Assembly (NCBI RefSeq): GCF_036321535.1
Contig: NC_087436.1
Coordinates: forward strand, 101,186,001-101,250,000
Origin: Camelus dromedarius
Taxonomy: Eukaryota
Length of the DNA: 64,000 bases
Reading direction: 5' to 3'
Shown: positions 1 through 13,023 of the stretch, piece after piece
Layout of the letters: each line of letters starts with the position of its first letter
Position numbering within the stretch: the stretch's first letter is position 1
The notes under the pieces: model-generated
What the model saw: only the letters and a program-made list of their open reading frames with translations
Databases searched by the model: none
What the model was told of the DNA's origin: nothing
Position numbers and translations under genes: made by a program

Positions 1-142
1 AACTGTTCTCAAAGCAGGTTTTATCAAACTTGCTACACCTTTTCAAATATACTCAACAACATTTTTCATCTAGAGAATATTATTGCATTTTTAATATATT
101 CATAAAATGTTTAGAATCTAACCTTAGGCTTTTAAACCTCTC

Positions 143-185
143 TCACACACGCATGTGCAAACACACACACACACACACATACACA
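143..185. repeat. (CA)n microsatellite, interrupted
   Basis: cacacacgcatgtgcaaacacacacacacacacacatacaca. Confidence 0.9.
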
Positions 186-2019
186 ATAATAATTACATTA
201 TTGCATTTCTAAAAAAACATGATAGAGGCCCATAATGATATACTCAGATGGTGTTAAACTAGGAGATTCTCCTTTTCCTCTCTTTTTAAAGGGACCACTA
301 TGTTCTAGTGAAATCCCATGACCTCAAAATGTGCCAAATAATAATTAAGCCAAGAAAATGAAAGTCTTCCCGATCCGTGAAACATGTTTTAAAGGTAATC
401 CTCTCATTGGTTGTCTCTGAAGGAACCTTCCTAGGAAGGGGTGCTTCCTCCATGAGTGCACACGCATATTTTGAACAGATATACTTGATTTACTCTATTT
501 GTTTTAAGCCAAAGAGTGAAAAGGGATCTTTGACAAAACTGTCATCTTTAAAACACGGTGATATTTCATTTTCCCCTTCTGCACTATTTAGATTGCCTGG
601 AACTGAAATGCTTCCAGCGGCTCCGGTGTCCAATTTTTCAAAGCTGTCACTTTCTAGCAAATCTGCTTAAGCAAAATACTTATGTTGTTAGAAAACAGAA
701 CAAACATACATTATAAAATACATTCTATTCTTCTTTGCAAGTCAAAGTCTTATTCAAGAATGGGAACTTGGAAAAACGTGGGGAAATAAATTAAAAGATG
801 ACTATGATGGATTGGTTAAAGTCAATGAATCTGGTGCACCTCTGATTAGTTTCCAGGGATACACTTGGACTTAGCTCAGTAGAGTCTTCCACACAATAAT
901 CATATAATCAAAATGTTATTTTCAGTGCATCCACTAAAGGTCATTAAACTGAAAAAGAACAAATAGAGAGGCAAATGGGACATTGAAAGATGACCATGGT
1001 TACTCTTCCTCAGATCATGTCTAGAGCAGCTATTATAATGTTCTTGTCAACCTCCCATGTCCCAGAGGGTAACGAAAAATTGCCAAGCATTTCACTTGTA
1101 GACCTCTGGCCTCTCTGAAGTGTGAGCACCATAACTCATATTCTGCAGTACCTACGTGAAAGCACAACAGTAACAAAATGCAAAATAATGATTATAAGAA
1201 TGATGTGAAAGACAGCAAAACTTGTTATCACCAATTGACTTCCAAAATGTGAGGAGAAATATGTTTTGAAAAGGTTTAGTCATATTGACTTGAAACATTA
1301 CTCAATGTTCTTAGCACAGAGTATGCTGTCTTTAATCACATGTATACATGTACTCTAAACTGTATGCATACAGATATGCAGAGTACGTATTTACCACACG
1401 TGGACCATTTTCCCTGTATGCATGATTACGCGCTTCTGGTTTAAATTAATCTTTCCAAGGATATGCAGGAAAAATTACGAAAGACTTACAATTCCTTCCA
1501 TTACTTTAAAAAGCTAGTCATGCCTCAGCAAAAGCCAAGACTGCTTATGGTGTACAATCTGAAACCCAGTTCTCTCTTGGCACTTTAACACCGGATCTGT
1601 CACCCTTTAACACCACAAAATCAATACCCTGGAATGTCATGGTTCTCTGATGGCCCACAAAGTCCAGGTGTGATCAATTTCAACTTCCTTACTAGACAGA
1701 AATAGACTTAGACAAATAAAAAAAGATTTCATTCAAGTTAAATTCAATAAAACAAAGGAATAAAGGTAGAGAGAGTCAAAGTTGTTAGAATTGAGCCCAA
1801 TAAATTTACACTTAAGTCTGGATCCTTGTTTGAATCTAACAAAATTGCACACCCTGCCAAAAGATATATATCAGATACATTTTTAAAAGCCTAGAATTTA
1901 TTGTAACCCCCAGATTAAGAAATACTATCAATTAAATATATGTTTCTTTGAATGCATTCGCTAATAAGCAGTGGGGAAAGGTGATGTCTGAGTTCTTTAT
2001 TGTGTATCTCTAGAAAACA

Positions 2020-2272
2020 GTGATTTTTGGCTTCAATGTTCAAAAGAATACAAATCTTGTCTTTCTTGTCATAAACTGTATATCCTGTATTTAGAACAGT
2101 CCAAGACACAGAGTAAGCCCTTAGTAAATATTTGATTAGTGTATGAAAATCAACGCATATTTGTAAACTTTACTGAGGGCAAAACTTCCTCTTCCATGTT
2201 CACTGCTGTATCCGAGGCCTCTGTCGTGCCTGGAACGTAACAGGCACCCAGTAAACATCTGCTGACTTGAAA
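2020..2272 (+). mobile_element. Two L2 LINE 3'-end fragments
   Basis: L2 terminal motifs, e.g. gttcactgctgtatcc...gtgcctggaacgtaacaggcacccagtaaacatctgctga and cttagtaaatatttgattagtgtatgaa. Confidence 0.7.
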
Positions 2273-2454
2273 CACTAGAGATTGCCTCCTATTTCACTAG
2301 TCAACGTCTAGCACTCTGTGGAATTGGAATTACAGGGTGGTCATTTCAAGAGTTTTTTTTCTGTAATAAACACTTTCTATGTCAGTGATTTTATTTTGCT
2401 TCTAAATTTCAACATATATGAACATATAGACATATTATTTAGTAATACTTAGAA

Positions 2455-2610
2455 AAACCCAGGCCTGGGAGTCCAGAGATGTGGAACCTAGTTTAGGTTC
2501 ACTAACTTGCTATGCAGCTTTGCCTCTCCAGGCCTCCATGTCTCATCTATAAAATGTAAAGAAGGGATATGGGGAGAACAGGATGGTTCTCAGATACCCT
2601 CTTGGGATTA
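2455..2610 (+). mobile_element. MIR SINE
   Basis: Core-like ggcctccatgtctcatctataaaatg preceded by ctgggagtccagaga. Confidence 0.7.
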
Positions 2611-2859
2611 GGTAGGTTTATAACATCTTGGATATGTGTAGAGATATGGATTAAAAAAATAATCATTGGAAGGGGCTCTAAAGGTCAGAGAAAGTTAGAA
2701 AGCCATCCTATTAAGAGAGTTAGAGGAAACTGGAGTCATTCAACTGAACAAAGAAAATGCTGAAAACATCTGAGTGACTCATGCCAGTGTGAGAAGACTT
2801 AACAGGCATGTGGTACCAAGACCCGAGTTACTACATCTGGTCCCTTAAAGCAGAGGGTT

Positions 2860-3230
2860 AGTTTGGCTCACTCCCTCGTCTTCCACACCACCAAAACTGA
2901 AAAGAAAAAACACCCACACTCCCATCTAGCTTTCTCCGAGGAGACGCTGAGTGGCAAAATTTTGGACAATAAAATATTGAGAAAAGTCCTTGAGGAGGGA
3001 ATCCTTCCCGGGATAGAAAGGAAATGGGGTCAAGGAAGTTTTTCTTTTTCTTTTTGTCCCTCTTCCTTCTCCTCATCTGAAACAAGGACAGAGTGGCTGG
3101 AGAAGCAGCAACTGTCTCGGGAATATGAGAAGGAAAACCAACAACTGAGGATGACAGAGCCACAGGACAGCAGCATCACGACTCAGCGAATCCTGCTGAC
3201 TGGTGGCTTTTTGAAACTTGTTCTAAGGGA
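2860..3230. mobile_element. Old MaLR (MLT1-type) LTR fragment
   Basis: gctggagaagcagcaactgtctcgggaatatgag...gaggatgacagagc resembles MLT1J/K/L. Confidence 0.4.
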
Positions 3231-3499
3231 AAAATCAACCCTTCAGTTAAGCATGGTTAATTTATTACTTGCAGCTAAATGCATTCTTAAGCAATCTATT
3301 TGCTAAGGGAAAAATCAGAGAGAAGGGTTAGACAAAAAAAAAAAAGAATAAGAAAAAAAAGAAACTATGACTGTAAGGGGTCCTATTATTAGACACCAAA
3401 TACAAGGCTGTGGGAGTCTTGGGTCTGATTAACTACCATGTTTCACAAAATTTTGTATCGCTGACACCCTGCAGAAAGGAGGTAGCTTTTAAGTGTAAA

Positions 3500-3785
3500 A
3501 AGCTCTGAAGGAAGAATCGGAAGACATGGTTTGAAATCTGATTCTGTCACTTAATAACTCACTTAAGTTTCAGCAAAAGCTTTTTCAACATCAAACAGAA
3601 ATCAAAGCATTTAGTTGATAAAGTGATTGTTAGGATTGACGATATAATGCAAGCAAAAACACTTTTTTAAATGCACAGTGCTTTATGAATAGTTATTTAC
3701 AAGAGATGATGCAAATAAAACACTTAGGCACAGATTCAGGCATACAGTAGGTGTCTATTTATTATCATTATTGTTATTATTATTT
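3500..3785 (+). mobile_element. MIR SINE
   Basis: gaagacatggtttgaaatctgattctgtcacttaataac ... aaacacttaggcacagattcaggcatacagtaggtgtct. Confidence 0.65.
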
Positions 3786-3809
3786 GATAGTATCTGCATC
3801 TATCTTCTC

Positions 3810-4238
3810 TAGAATACCTTGTTCATGACCCTTCTCCCCCAGGGAACAGCTGATTGAAAGAGCCTTAATCTAGGCAGAGCCAGAGTTTCTCTCCCTGACA
3901 TTTGAAATTGGTACCCAGAAAAATGACCAGTCTTGCAGGTAGATGGGCGTGTAGCATGCAAATTAAGGAACTGTGGAGTTATCAGCCATGGTTTACCATC
4001 TAGAATAGCAGAAGATAAAAAGATGGTCTCCAGTGTAAGAAGAGAGAAGTGGATGCACAGAAAAGAGAGATGAAGAGATAGAAAGGGAGGAAGGGAGAGG
4101 GAGAAAGGGTAAGCACAGATACTGGTGGACCGATCTTCCAATACATTGATAAAAACTGGGTTCCATGTACTTCCATTTTGGCATAATACACCTTGAGCTA
4201 ATTTCTCTTACCGGCAATTAAAGAGTGCTAACTGAATA
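3810..4238 (+). mobile_element. MLT1-type MaLR LTR
   Basis: The 3' end tttctcttaccggcaattaaagagtgctaactgaata resembles the MLT1J/K terminus. Confidence 0.5.
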
Positions 4239-7200
4239 AATACATTTGTTTGGGTTTTAGCATTAAAACATGTTACCAAGTTTGTTACAGAAAATCTTAA
4301 TCTATGAAAGGTTTGTAAGAAAAGGCCACACGTAATCCCCTTCTGTTTCTATAATTTAACGTTAGCTATATAATTTTATGAGAAAATGTCATAAAGAATT
4401 TTAGAAAATGAAAAGATATATACAATTCAAAACACAAAATAGTTTTCTATTTATAATTTCTAACGGTTGCAGTCATTAAAGAAAATATAAGATTAGTTAA
4501 AATCCTGAGGCTACACGATATTTTCTTGAAATGTTTAATCTGTGTGGCTTCTTGCAAAATAAAGACAAATGAAAGGCACATTTATGAATACAATTTCCCA
4601 TTATTCTCTCCTGTGAACAGCAAATGGCCCAAGTAAGAAAATGCAGATTTTAGGTGCCAGGAAAATAAAACTGACCAACTTCTAAACCCTCCCTGACAAT
4701 GTAGTGAATGCTAGGATCCTCTGGGTACATCACAGTACCCAGACCCTAGAACCAAAGTACAGGTTTTCTGAAGGTGGGGACTGCCAAATTGCTAAATGCT
4801 TTTGGATGAAGTCCCAGAATGCAAGGGCTTATGTGTACAGTTTTGTTTTGTTTTGTTGACAATGAAGAAAAACTCCTAGGTTTCACTAAAATCCTGGTTT
4901 AACAATTGTCATTATTCAGGGGTAAGACTGTTCAAATACAGTCAGTTCTATGCAGCTAGAACAAAATTTTGAAATTGTTCAAAATAAGTAGAGATTAAGT
5001 ATAAGAAGTACAGGAGATTTTTTTCCATCTGGTGACAATAAACAGATCAAATAATGCATGATTCCTGTTTAAGACATTCAGGTAACTGATTTTGTCAATG
5101 AATTTTTAGCTTCCAATGGAAAGAAGTTTTATGACATGACCTTCCCGGAACAGAGAAGTCCCATATTTTGTGTGTTTATACTTTAAATTGTCACAGCTCA
5201 GATTTAAGCCACCTGCTCATTCATGAGATTCAATGGCAAAAAATAACAGTGATATGAAGTAAGCCTATAAGCTGGTATCTTGCCTAGTTTTTTAGTAATA
5301 AATCTTGAAGCGTATACTGATTTTTTTAAAAGACAAATGGAAGACAAACTATTGTTTCCCCTTAAAATGTGGTTCATTGTATAATTTCAACAATAACCAA
5401 TCCGATCTTTTGATAATTATTAAGTGAAACTTTTGTTCAATTTTCCAGTTTTTCAGTGGGGAAGCTGTATGTCACTCTTATGTTTTTAACAGGAATTTTG
5501 ACAAGCTTCTAGTTTATAATCATTTGGAGCACAGATTATAACATTAACAATAAGTTTTAAGCTAGAAGAGTAATTGGCATGATTCAGACACACAATTAAT
5601 ATTTGTAGGGTGAATGAATCTATAAAGAAAGAAGAGTGTACACTATCACTGAGCACTCGCTTCCCACCTGAGTTTCATATTTCTCTTTCCATTTAACTTC
5701 ACCCCAGTTTCCAGAACAAACACATTGGGTAACAGGGCTAAGACACTCAACGCTATTTCTTATTGTTAAGAAGCAGGAAGTCATAAGCCAATTTCAAACC
5801 GCAATCCCATAACTAAGGAAATCTGCCAAAATACATGAAAGCTATAGTGATTTATCTCTTGAAAGGAAAGAAAACCTGATGGACTATTTCAAGCAAGGAC
5901 AACTGGAACTTGGTGCATTAGCAGTATCTCAGGGATCTACTTTTAGAACAGACATTCCTTGTTTGAAAACAGAGCATGAAATGATGTTAATGTGTAAATG
6001 AAGGAAGCTGTTCACAGCCCTCTAATCAGAGCATGGGGTACTTGAATCATCCGCCCTTTCATTTTCCAACTTAGAATACCCACCAAGCCTGCGCCAGCGG
6101 CCATCACGAGTACACCACTCTTAATAAATTCATGGGGTGTTTTGCAAGAACAAAGCCTGCAGGATTGGACACTTTAGACTGAATTTTAGCTGCATAATCA
6201 AGAATATGGCTGAAAACGCCAATTAATGGTGCAAAGCACAAATAAACTTTAGCTATAGAAAAGCCCTTTATGGACTAAAAATATCAGTATGTAATCTATC
6301 CCTGACTGCAGTGTGGCTCACCAGAATATTAACAACCAAAGCTATTCAAATAAATTCCTGCTGAAAAGTGACCTCCTGGCTAAAGAGAATTATGTAAGAG
6401 AAGAGTCAAGTGGGAAAAAAAATGCCGTTATATATTTAAGTCATCTCATTTTGCTGTTATTTAAACTTTAAAGCCAATAAAACTTGCAACATGGTAGATC
6501 TTAATGGCTTAAGACACTCAAAATGGGATGGGCAACGTGGAAAAAGACTCTAAGCAGCTTAATAGAGTGTGTCTTCAAACAGAAACATCTCAAAGTTAAG
6601 AATTAAGTAACAAGTATAACTAAAGGGAAAACACACCCACGGAGAAATTTCATTTTGAGCCACAACCTGGGAAGGCAGGTCTTAAAGCCAAATTGAGGCT
6701 TATCAGACAAATACATGCATGCCAGGCAAGCAGTGAAAAAAGCCATGAAAGAAGATCAACACAGATGGGAACGAGAGAGCTGACTTGCAGGAAACCATGC
6801 GGAGTGACAGCTCGGCGGCATCTCCACACCTGATCTGGCGGCAGGGGCTGGGGGGATGTGCTGCAGCCAAGTCAGCGGGGGCCGCGGGCAGATGTGGCTC
6901 GGCGCTGGCAGCCGTGTGCAGGAAATCCTGGTGCCTACCAGCCTGCAACTCTGCAAGCCGTGTCTCAAAAAAATACATAAAAATCAAAACTCACTACTGG
7001 GCGCATCAATACTTAACTAGATGCAAATTATACTTTCCATTCGGGGGAAACTTTTCAGAAGGGAAATGTCTGCCAATAATTGCTATGAAAACATTTATTT
7101 GACCCTGATCCATGTAGCTCCCCAGATCCAATTATTTTAAATAATGGATGGAAGTGGAAACAAAACCATTGCTAATCAATATTAGATGGATTCTGTTGTA

Positions 7201-8445
7201 CAAAATCTACATTTTCTTAAACCCACCTGAAACATTCATTCTCTTCTAAACCTGATTTAAGAAATTTGATTTAAAAAAAACTTGATTTAAGAAACCTGAT
7301 TTGAGAAATTTAGTTTAAAATGATGCTTTGCTTCAATTTGTTTTCACAGCAAATATCATCACCTGTTTGTCCATAGCTGTATTGCTAAATACAAGTCTCT
7401 CTAAGAGAGGTTTCAAGTTGATTTAAAAGACACATGGGATTACAACGCTGCAAAGTATTATTTTTAACCTCTTTAACACATTGTTAGTTGCTTCATCTCA
7501 ACTCAGTTACTACTCTTCATACAAACTCTAATGCTAGTTAACTTTATTATCTTTAAATGAGCATTTCTCTGTATCTCTATTTTAATTAAGCCCCCAACCC
7601 ACCACATCTAGACAAAATGCTGGAAATGGTTAGGGCTTGGTCTGATTGTCTCACAACTGTATATTCAAGAGCATCACTGTAACCTCTATTTGACATTTGA
7701 GTTCAGGTAGTAATTACAGATAGCATTAAAAGGCCTTAATTTTTCACTTTTCTTGCCAGTAAAGGTACGTTTACTTATTCTGTTCATTTAGAGTAGTGTT
7801 TTAACATAACATTACTGTGAAAAACATTCCATTACATAGTCACAAGCAAGTTACTGCACATTTTAAAATTGTATTTTACAATTCAGTTCAAATATTTTAA
7901 GCCTCATTCTTAATTTCAAATCACTGGTATTTTACATTTGGTAATAAATATGAAATCACATTTTGACCTACAGAATGATCATATTCTTAATTAAAATACT
8001 TGTTAATATTTTAGGAGGTTTGAATCTCCATTCTTTTGGAGTTAATATTTAAATTCTCATCACTTATTTTGATAGTGTCTAGTAAGAGGAAATAGTATTC
8101 ATTGCAATTAAACAAATTAAAACATACTTCAAAGGATTTTTTCTAATTGTTAAAATTTGTCATCATCGTGATTAAAGTTTGGCCTGGCATTCCCTTACAA
8201 TATATATTAACACGCTTAACCACTAACTGAAACAGTCTTAAATATGATGCACCTGCATATAAATGAAAACAGCATGTGCATAAAGACATTTTCATGGGAG
8301 ATGAACTGGAAGATTTCTGAAAGCACGTGAAATTGCACCTAAAATTGTGTTATTACTGACAATGCTAAATTTATTGCACTTGATGAACGAATGTATTTAG
8401 TCTAGTCAAAGTTATCTTGGTTTAAAAGTCTAAACAATTTCTTTT

Positions 8446-8573
8446 GGTGGAGGGTATAGCTCAATGATAGAGTGCATGCTTAACATACACGAACGAGGTT
8501 GTAGGTTCAGGCCCCATTAACTCCATTTAAAAAAAGGGAAAACAAAAAATGTAAAAATAAAATTATTAAAAAA
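8446..8573 (+). mobile_element. tRNA-derived SINE of camelid type with A-rich tail and target-site duplication
   Basis: ggagggtatagctcaatgatagagtgcatgcttaacatacac...gaggttgtaggttca (A-box/B-box-like), then an A-rich tail. TSD taaacaatttctt (8431-8443) / taaacaatatctt (8574-8586). Confidence 0.85.
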
Positions 8574-11500
8574 TAAACAATATCTTCCTCTTTTTAAAAT
8601 GTGCTTGTAATTTGTACTACTGATGGGGGTGTTCCTGGACTACAGAGGTTGTTGTTAACATGTGACTTGTGTTTTTTATGTTATAGAATCATCTAATGTG
8701 ACATATCAATTTTTATATAAGTGATATTAAGGGAATTCTAATAAATGTATATATGACAACCTATTTAAATGTTTTGCATTGGAAAAAAATTTAAAAGACA
8801 CAGGAAAGAGCAGAATAACAGAAACTGGAAATCAAGTCAGGGGTAAGATGGAAAATGTATATATACCCACCAGCATCTGGTTAAATAAATTAACTGACAT
8901 CGAAAAACAGCAAAGTCGTGTTTGTAAGGAACTTTTCTCTTATTTGAAAACTTCCTACTCTAAAACTGTCATTCAGTCACAATATGTATTGAGAGCAATT
9001 TCCTGCTTTAGTATCATGGGATTACAAGGAGTTAATCTCTGATTCAGGCTGACTGAGGTCTGTCTTCCTGTTCACATCTCCTTTGCAAATGGGGCTTCCT
9101 GGGGAAGCTGAAAAGGAACCAAATGTTTCACAGCTGAAGCCATTCACCTGCCCTTCTGGTGGCATAAATTTATTTTTTAAAGTTCTGAGGTTTCTAGTGT
9201 TAAGCAAATGAAAGTTGAAGATGTAAACATACTACTTGTAATTGACAGTATACCTAGTACACATATATTCAATTGTGGAAGCAAACAATTCAGAGATCGA
9301 AAAAGGTATTCTTGCTAGATCTTTAAAAGCTCGTCAACTAATGCATGACATTAGATTTACCATAATAGCAGCCACACACACATCTCCTAAGAATATTTTA
9401 TCCAAAAATAGATAAAAAACTATTTTTTAAAAAGTATTCTGTCTCCTTCTGATTCTGAGTATCATATTGTTAAGGTACAATGATGATTAAAAGATTATTA
9501 AACAACCTTCTCCAATGAAGTGGAAAGTGGATATCATTTTCAACTGATAAAACTCGAACAATGTAGGATAGGAGGTGAGTTACTTGAACTGGCATTTTGC
9601 CAGCTCCGTTACTGCTTTTAGTTCCACAGGGCTTCAGTTTTCCTTTCTGTTGATGTGTATTTCAGTGGATGGGCATTAAGATTTTTCTGAGAAGTTTAAT
9701 TCTCTCAAGTTTCCAGTTCAATGTTCTAAGTTGCAAGATGAATACCAAATTCTGCCTTCCTAGGAAGATCTGATAAGGCTGTTTAACTTAACTTCTAAAA
9801 CCCTTTTCACTTAGTACCCCTAGGAGACCAAGGGTTTCCTGACTGTTGGCAGAGCTACTGAAGATTCATAGCCCTAGTGAAAGGAAGATTTTCATCAGAG
9901 TCTGAATTTTTATGAACAAACCTTACCAGTTCTTGTTATCATCTCTTTCTCTTTTAAAAATGTACCTTGGACTTCTGCTGGCAAAAGGTCTCAGGTTGGC
10001 TGGAATATCCAATAGACACTACCTTGTGCTATGAAGTTGCCCGTTCACTCTGTTCTCAGAGGCAAGTTTACCACTTGATAAATCATTAGCATCACTTCCT
10101 GTAGCACTGAAGTTTTCCCTAGGGGTCCCTACTAGCTAAGGGCTAATCATCTGTGTTCTTATTTAGCTCTTAAGTTCTGATTAGATCATAGTTTAAAGTG
10201 GATGACTGCAGACTGATAATTCTTACCCAACAACACAGTGAACAAAGACTATCTATTCAGAAACCATGCTTTATCTTTCCTTTTAACAAATCCATACCTT
10301 ACTATTGTATCATTAAATGTGAAATCATGCTGAGTTTAGCTGCTCAGGGAAAAGATATTGATAGGATTTCAGTGGCCACACATTATTACTATGGGAATTT
10401 GTACTGACTAAGTTATTTACAGCCTATTACTAATTTTAAAGTTTGATGTAGCATTACAAAAACGTATCAGATACAGGTTAATGCCAATAACAATGTATTA
10501 TAAGTCAAATTCATCCAACAAACATTTAAAAATAATTTAACTATTATTTAACTAAATTTAACTAAATAATTTAAATTTTAGTATTTGAGATTATTAAACA
10601 TTGTATACAAATTTCTTTTCCATTTGTAAACCTATCTTTTAACACCTTTTTTGCTAAATAGTACATTTTATTCATCTGTTTGTAACTGAAATAAAATTGC
10701 ATGGATCAATTCTAAACTATTGTAATTTGAAGAGAAGGTGATGAAAATGGCAATAACTATAATACAAATGAATCAGATATAATGTTCTAGAAAATCTGTC
10801 TTAGTAATTTTTATAAAAAATACATAAAATACAAAAGAGATTGTCTTCTTGCTTTTTCCTATATAAATGAGCCATTGTTTTATTATTTTATATATATAAT
10901 TGATCCTCTCTGAGATTTTACATAATATTGTACTTCTAAAAATAACACATTATATGATATTTAAAAATACAGCAGTATCTCAGTTAAATAAATTTAAACA
11001 CATGTGTTTTTCCCTCCACACAGTAAAGCAGTTGTCATAAAATTAAAACTTCAAATCATGTATTGTTATCATTTAGCACATCACAAATCTTGTTAGATCA
11101 AATCTTAGATTTTGAAAGAATTCTTACAAAAGAAAAATACAGTTACCAAAATCTGAATTTTAGTTGCCCTTTTAAAAACTGTTTATAAGCATTCTCTCAA
11201 ATTTCTGATAGTTGCAATACTAGATCTAACTTATAACAAAGTAACATTTTACAATTAAGGGGGGATGCTTTTCATGAGAAGCAGTGTCTTCTCTTCTCTA
11301 CACGTAAAGGGAAAGATCCCACTGGTATGGAGTCCCCTGCCACTCTTTCCTGTGACGTCTTTTCCAAGCCCACTAGTGTCTCCTAACAGGCGTCATTTGG
11401 TTCCTTCCTGTCTCCAGGGAGTTTGGCTCCTCCCCACTCCCTCCCAATTATAAATATGCAGGTTAGATAATTGACCCACCCCTCTGACTGATGCATTGTC

Positions 11501-12926
11501 TCCATGGAACAGATTGCCTTCTAGCAAACCACTAACAACAGGTGGGAGAGGAAGTACTAATTAATCAACCTGAATAAATGAAGTCATTATTGACTCAAAT
11601 CCTTTGATACCTTCTTTAACTCTCCCAACTATTAAAACACTCCACCCTCTAACCCACCTGCATCACTCATACACTTGTTGGAGGACACAGCAAAGGGTTT
11701 AAAAATTATAGAGAAGTTGCAAAAAAATAAAAAAATATGTGTGCACACATGGATATTTAAATTATTTTTCTTCTTGGTGTCCTAGGTTTACCAATCAGAT
11801 TCTCAAATTTGAACAATTGTAGAGTCTAGAAAATGTGGTTGTGAAAAACTTATTCCCTTGGCTCATAGAGTATTTCTTCACACCAGTGTCTCCACTAGAA
11901 GTACAAAAAGAAGCCCATAAAAGTGTAAAATCAGAAACAGCAGGACCTTGAACAAGAGGTTCTAAAGGTTCCTAAAGTTACCAGGTCCTAAAGATGTAGT
12001 CCCGAACGTTAACAATCCAAAACCAAAAAAACCCATTCCAGACTGTTAGGAATAATAAAGAAAAATCTCTGTGAGGACAACTTACAGCCTCTATTGCAGG
12101 CTAGAATGTCTGATCATAGACAAAAAGCCACCAGAAGCCATTGATAAGAGGCCTTTTCTGCTCTTAGATTTAAGGTGGCAAAATGGGATTTGTATATCCA
12201 GGTAGGAGGGTTTCCAGGTCCGTTAACCAGCAGTGTGACTTTATCATTCAAGGCAGTTTTCAGAAAAAAATGTGCACGAAATGAGACACCTTAATACATA
12301 TTTGTTACTTTCCTTTCCTTCTTACCTGAATCCATTCTAAGTGTCTGCAGACCTACTCCCCTTTCCCTTAAGTGACTCTTCTTAATTACAAAGAACATTC
12401 CCCAAGTGGAATATATAAGCAAGAACACAGATGAGATAAGAGACTGAACAGTCAATCAGGTCAACTGTGTGCATTTTAGTAGACTTAGGATCGCAGTAAC
12501 ATTGAAGATTTGGTGAAACCTTAAGGCCAGTATTTTAAGGTTAACACATTTCATTCCCACACTTCATTTATTTCAATGACATATAAAGATTTAACAGTAA
12601 CGTTTACTTCTACGTCTTTAAAAAATCCACAGTCATGGACTGATTGGGCATTGAAGCATAGATAACCATGTTAGGGTCAATTATAAACTATAGGCACTTT
12701 GTGATACAAAATTCTTGAGTCTTTACTTAAAATTAGATACAAGGATGGCTCACTGATGTTCGCAAAAATTAAATCTATACAGCAACATACCCATTCAACA
12801 CACATTCAACCATTTTGGGTGGAAATTTTCCAAGATGTGTTCCATGGTGACCTGCGTTCTTAAACAAAGGATACATGAAGACTGTAAGATCAGTATAAAT
12901 ACCAATCAGGCTGCCTAAGCTAGTGT

Positions 12927-13023
12927 CATCTGAAGGCAACGAAGTACATGTAACTTTATGGATCCAGACAAACATCTAAAGGCAACGAAGTACATGTAAC
13001 TTTATGGATCCAGACAAACGTCT
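12927..13023. repeat. 46-bp tandem duplication
   Basis: catct(g/a)aaggcaacgaagtacatgtaactttatggatccagacaaa x2 with one mismatch. Confidence 0.95.

Noticed and set aside
2863..3306. 147-aa plus-strand ORF
   Set aside because: Non-ATG start, overlaps LTR-like sequence, and shows no domain signature.
6868..6886. CTCF-like motif agtcagcgggggccgc
   Set aside because: About three mismatches in the core consensus; not supportable without a PWM scan or ChIP data.
8446..8525. tRNA-like sequence
   Set aside because: Degenerate stems, an A-rich tail and a TSD identify it as a SINE, not a tRNA gene.
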